The notes under the pieces: generated by a model
The model's database searches: none
Told to the model about the DNA's origin: nothing
What the model saw: only the letters and a program-made list of their open reading frames with translations
Shown here: positions 59,906 through 64,000 of the stretch, one piece after another
Layout of the letters: the number at the start of each line of letters is the position of its first letter
Position numbering within the stretch: position 1 is the stretch's first letter
Origin: Zygnema circumcarinatum SAG 698-1b
Lineage: Eukaryota; Plantae; Zygnematophyceae
Assembly: GCA_037447605.1 (NCBI GenBank)
Contig: CM074807.1
Span: 1,736,001-1,800,000 of the forward strand
Length of the DNA: 64,000 bases
Reading direction: 5' to 3'
Position numbers and translations under genes: made by a program

Positions 59906-62900
59906 GAGGGGGCGACCTGCAGGTAGAGGTCGAGCTGTGCTCTGCGTCGGAGCACGAAGCCGCGGTCGAGGGAGTTCCGTGCGAGGTAGCGCTTGGGCGG
60001 CAACTGCACGGGCAGACGCTGCCTCCCCCCGCTGCGCTCCCTCAGCTGCCGGTGCAGCACCTCGAAGCTGCGATACCTGCACGTAACAGAGAGAGAGGGA
60101 GGGAGGGAGACTGAGAGATAGGAACATAAGGGAAGGGAGCCTGAGACGGAAGAGGGGGGAGTTTGAGAGTGAGAGTGAGATTCAGGAAGAGGGCTTCGAA
60201 AGAAGAGACTGCCCACCGTCGGAAGGTGGTCCATGCAGAGTCGTCCGCGTCGACTACTGCGATGGAGTACGCCACAAACACCTCTCCTGCACGCCCCTCC
60301 ACCAAGCGTGCTCCTACCACCTGTCCCAGTGCAGGCAGGCGGCAGAACTGAGTTAGCCTATGCTGATGTTGTGCTTACAGCAGCACCATGTGCCTCGGCT
60401 GGATTAATGGAGCAACAAATTATATGCCTGCACATAAATCGCTCCCTAAAATGCAGATAGAACCGGACCATAGAGGGCGGCGAACTAGCACCGGGGGAAT
60501 ACGTCAACAATCGAAAGGTCCCTTCTGCAGCGTGTGTGGCTAAACTGGCATGCAGATTGGATGGATACAATCGACTGCAGACAAACAGCATACATCCGCT
60601 GCTTCTTCAAAGATGCAGGCCTGCTCTCCCAGCACCCCGCACTGCTTCAAGTGTGCTGCTCACCCTCGCTTGCAGGCGGCCCTGCCCCGCTGTCGGAGGG
60701 GGCACCACCGCCATGGCTGCCCCGAGCCAAAGCCCGCGAAAGCGAGCCCTCCCTTGGGGCAGCTGCTCACTTTGCAAAGGATGCGTCACCGCGGCTGCTC
60801 CCCCTGCCTCCTCCTCTACAGCCCCTCCTCGACTGCCCTTTTCGGCACCTCTCTTCTCCTGCTCCCCTGCTTCCTCTCCTCCCGGGGGTTCAGAGGGTTT
60901 ACCTGCTCCACTGCCGCCCTGTGAAAGCGGCCATGTTTGTGGGGGCTCGTCCAGCAGCTCCGCTGGGGGGGCTTTCAAGTTTCGCAAAGCGGAAAGGTGG
61001 TGAAGGGTCGGCCGCACTCGTGGCCCTCCATTCCAGCTCGTACTGTCTGCGTTTATTGACTTCAGCACGGCAGGTCTCATGGCAGGTCTGCCTGCTGAAG
61101 CAGCCTGGTCATCATCAGAATTGAGCATTTCTTCCCGATTCGGGGCGGCACCATCACTATGGACGGACATAGCCTCCAAAGTGAAGGCATCTAAGCCCAG
61201 CTGCTCTGCCTCAGCTTCCAGCCTTGCTCTCCTTAACGCATTTGCATCAAGGCTTGCACTACTATACTCTCTGTATCCAGCTTGACCACTCCCCTCCTGT
61301 TCAGCCCCGCCACCACTCTCCGCCCCTCGGTCTTTTCGGGGATCTCTCACCCACTTCACTTCTGCACGGCCCATGTCCCGTTTCCAGACCACAGAGCCCT
61401 TCTTCTCCCTCCTCCATGCCTCTGTTCCAACTGCCGACTTTCTTCTCTTCAGCAATTCCTCCGTCTCCCTGTACCTTCGGCCCTTGGCCCAAATGTTGTC
61501 CAAGTGTTCGGGTGCTAAGGCCTCCACCTTCTTCTGCCTGTATTCCTGCACCTTGCCCATCCAGTCTCTGGCAGAGCTGCTCTCGGGATCAAGTCGGGCG
61601 GGCAGCCCGCGGTTGGGAGTCTCATTGACTAAAGGAGATGGCGACGATCCGGTTTGTTCAGGCAACGCAGCAACAGCCCGGGGTCCATTTGGAGCCCTGC
61701 TAGCCAACCGGCCTTCAGGAAGGCTTGCCCTTCCCCGTGAATGGGAAGTAGACTGCACTCCTCTATCGGCAGCTGAACCTTCAGTAGATGGCTCACTCCT
61801 TGTTCGAGAGTTCGTAGTCTGGGGGGGTGTGGGAGGCCCCTCCTGTGCAGCAGCTCCCTGCTGAGCCCCCCCTGCCATTTGCAGAACCATATCGTTGATG
61901 AAGCTGCCCTCCCGCGCAGTGCAGACATTCATTCAGGGCGGGGTCAGCTGAACCTGCATTCATGCAAAGTAATAATAACAAGCAGAGCCCGGCAGCGTCC
62001 ACGGAACAGGGATGTGGCCGTACCTTGGCGAGAAGATGCGGAGGGCTGGGCGCACAACGCAGCACGTGGCCACCTCCTGCGCGAGCGCGTGCACAGCGCG
62101 GCACTGCGCGTCCTGCGGCCGCAGAAGCTTCGCGGCAGCTGCGCCGACCAGCTTCCGCAGGGCCTAGAAGACCGAGGGAGGAGGGGCTACTTCAATATTG
62201 GCAGCAGGAACTCACAAGGATATTGCTACATGCTGCAGGGGATGACTAGAACAAGTCTCTGTGGATGGGAAGTTTGCCTGCAAACTTAAAACAGCGGCTG
62301 CTATCGTGACGAAGCATGGCAGAATTGCGGAAAAAAGTGTTCATCCGCATAGTGCCCTGAAGGCACGGCTCACCTTGTATTCGGTCTCGACTGAAAGGCA
62401 TGCCGGGTACAGTGAGCCGTCCGCATGCATTGCCTGCTTCAGTCGCTGCTCTCTGTGTCTGGGAGACATAGCATCCAGCTCCTCGCCAATGGCGTCCCTC
62501 GTCCGCCTGTAGAGCTCAAGATGGCTCTCCACCACCTCCACTACGTCCCTGCTCCCACAGGACGGACTCAGGCCCTATTCTGGACGCCAAGAAGGAGCTC
62601 TGCTGCAGGTTTGCATATGCATGTTTCCTTTTTAGGACTACGCGAAAGTTCAACGGGTTCTTTAGTCGAAGTCAATGGACGATGAACAGCAACGGCGACT
62701 TTCTTGCCACCTGTCACGGGTTCCTAAGTGGTTTCTATTCAGCCAAATCTGTTTAAACCAAATTCTGAGGTTGGCGAGTTGTATTCACCATAGGGAGCCA
62801 GGGCCATGCCTTGGGATTCAAAACAAACTCACTAACTGTACCTCGTTAGGAAAGTGACGAGGTTGACTCGCTTGGCCCTCTGTACAAGCTCTCCCAGTGC

Positions 62901-64000
62901 ACCGCAGATAAGCAGCCGTAGTTCTTCCGGCGCATCCACATCAGGTGTGAGATACGCATAAAATGCATCTGAAAAGAAGTCTCTGACGGACATAACACAT
63001 TCTAATGAATTCCCCCCCTTTGGATAGAAATGCATGCCATTATCTGAATCATCCTTCCATCTTGAAGCAATAAACCTTTCTGGATGCAGCCACGAATTCC
63101 ACCAAAGCAAGTAAGGACATGCATGCGGATTGCACGAGCATGCAGTGCAACTCACCTTATCGTCAGGTCCACCAACTCCTCCAGAGCCGCTTCCAGGGCG
63201 GGGGAATCCATGGCTTGCCGCCAGCGGGTGTCAGCAGCACCTCTGCTTTTTGACGGCGCAAGGAGGGGGTGGTGAGGCGATAGCTGCTGCACATTGGTAA
63301 AGAGGTTGCGGTAGTTTATTACTGGTCTGGTCCTCCATCGCACTTCAAACTCCAACGATATGCGCCGCACGACAGCAACTAATATTATGGCCATGGGAAT
63401 ATTCACGAGCAGCGAGTTACTCGTCACTGCATGTCACGACACAATAAATCATAACGTACAATAAGAAATCCTAACGCAACGTTCGTTCTGTTAGCTAAAC
63501 CAGCTCGTGATGAGTTCAAGAATGTGCATTCCATTTGGTGTCCAGTCCATCCGTAACTCCACGTTTTCCATCAAAAAACATCATTTTTTTTTTAAAGAGA
63601 TTGAGACTCAAGGTGTAGAATGTTCTTGCACCGGCCTCCAAAAGTGGAATTATTTATCCAATTCATGCAAAAAGCCGGCCTGTACCACTTGCCGAATGTC
63701 CTCCACAACAGGACAACCACTGTTCCCTCTTGCCAATATCAGGAGACAATTAGACATGATGCATCAGACACGCTCCAACGCGACTGCAAAGACCCCGCGC
63801 AGGCTCGCTCGTCTGCAAGACTTGGTTGCTCCAAAGCCAAGCAAACGGAGCCCAGTCCTTACTGGTCATGGCGGCCGCGAGCAGCAGCACGGCGGCCAGC
63901 GCCATCCCCGCGCGGCTGCAGGCCTCCTCCGCGACCTCCCGCGCGCGCGTGATGCGGCCGAACGCCAGTCCTCCTCGCGCGGCCCGCCACACGCCCGGCC
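56993..64000 (-). CDS. Plant-type sorting nexin with PXA, PX and Nexin_C domains; 5' end probably beyond the window
   Basis: PXA (DSPALEAALEELVDLTIRDFFSDAFYAYLTPD..PEELR), PX (TTFRRYRSFEVLHRQL...LPPKR...RRRAQLDLYLQQLL) and Nexin_C (WLRRQVLWIARQVLEL.MGDAIDD...LWPEG...LIG...KQLGHRLLELVLLALFPEL). Last exon 57103-56993; the frame is open to the window edge. Confidence 0.9.
57791..57839. repeat. Exact 23-bp tandem duplication in an intron
   Basis: CACCTAAACCTCGTAAGCCGGAG x2 plus CAC. Confidence 0.9.
59200..60180 (-). repeat. (GA/CT)n microsatellite-rich introns of the sorting nexin gene
   Basis: GA runs on + at about 59205-59385, 59810-59912 and 60085-60180, i.e. CT-rich on the sense strand. Confidence 0.9.

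Noticed and set aside
1-64000. tRNA, rRNA, snRNA genes and autonomous transposase or RT ORFs
   Set aside because: No cloverleaf/T-loop, rRNA-like, USE-TATA or DDE/RT motifs seen by eye; tRNAscan-SE, Infernal and RepeatMasker would be needed to exclude them formally.

Overview
Gene-dense, intron-rich eukaryotic nuclear DNA from a green plant. Inference: a streptophyte, possibly a compact-genome streptophyte alga or early land plant. The basis is that it carries the mevalonate-pathway gene PMK (absent from Chlorophyta), plastid-type genes (PIC1/TIC21, plastid-type PRS, a cyanobacterial DprA/SLOG-like gene) and TTTAGGG-type repeats. I rebuilt 13 spliced protein-coding genes by joining ORF fragments at splice sites: THUMP-domain (+, 5' partial), GDAP2-like macro+CRAL-TRIO (-), SDR (+), NDUFAF2/NDUFA12-family (-), ALG14 (+), PRS (+), KINgamma-like CBS (-), PIC1/TIC21 (+), BOD1/Shg1-domain with RGG tail (+), PRP40C (-), DprA/SLOG-like (+), PMK (+) and a PXA-PX-Nexin_C sorting nexin (-, 5' partial). 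Eight of them form four tight head-to-head pairs. The main non-genic findings are: (1) a palindrome-packed 92/95-bp minisatellite with a 374-bp higher-order repeat, inside a 2-kb motif-rich cassette between convergent genes; (2) an intact 391-bp Ac/Ds-type hAT MITE with a perfect 8-bp TSD; (3) a related AACCATTGG block bracketed by telomere-like direct repeats in ALG14 intron 1; (4) two AG|GCAAGC GC-AG introns; (5) a G14-preceded 3' splice site. No tRNA, rRNA, CRISPR array or autonomous transposase was found. Most ORF-track entries are intronic, antisense or microsatellite artefacts. Gene identities come from recalled family motifs, not database searches. CDS coordinates are gene spans including introns.
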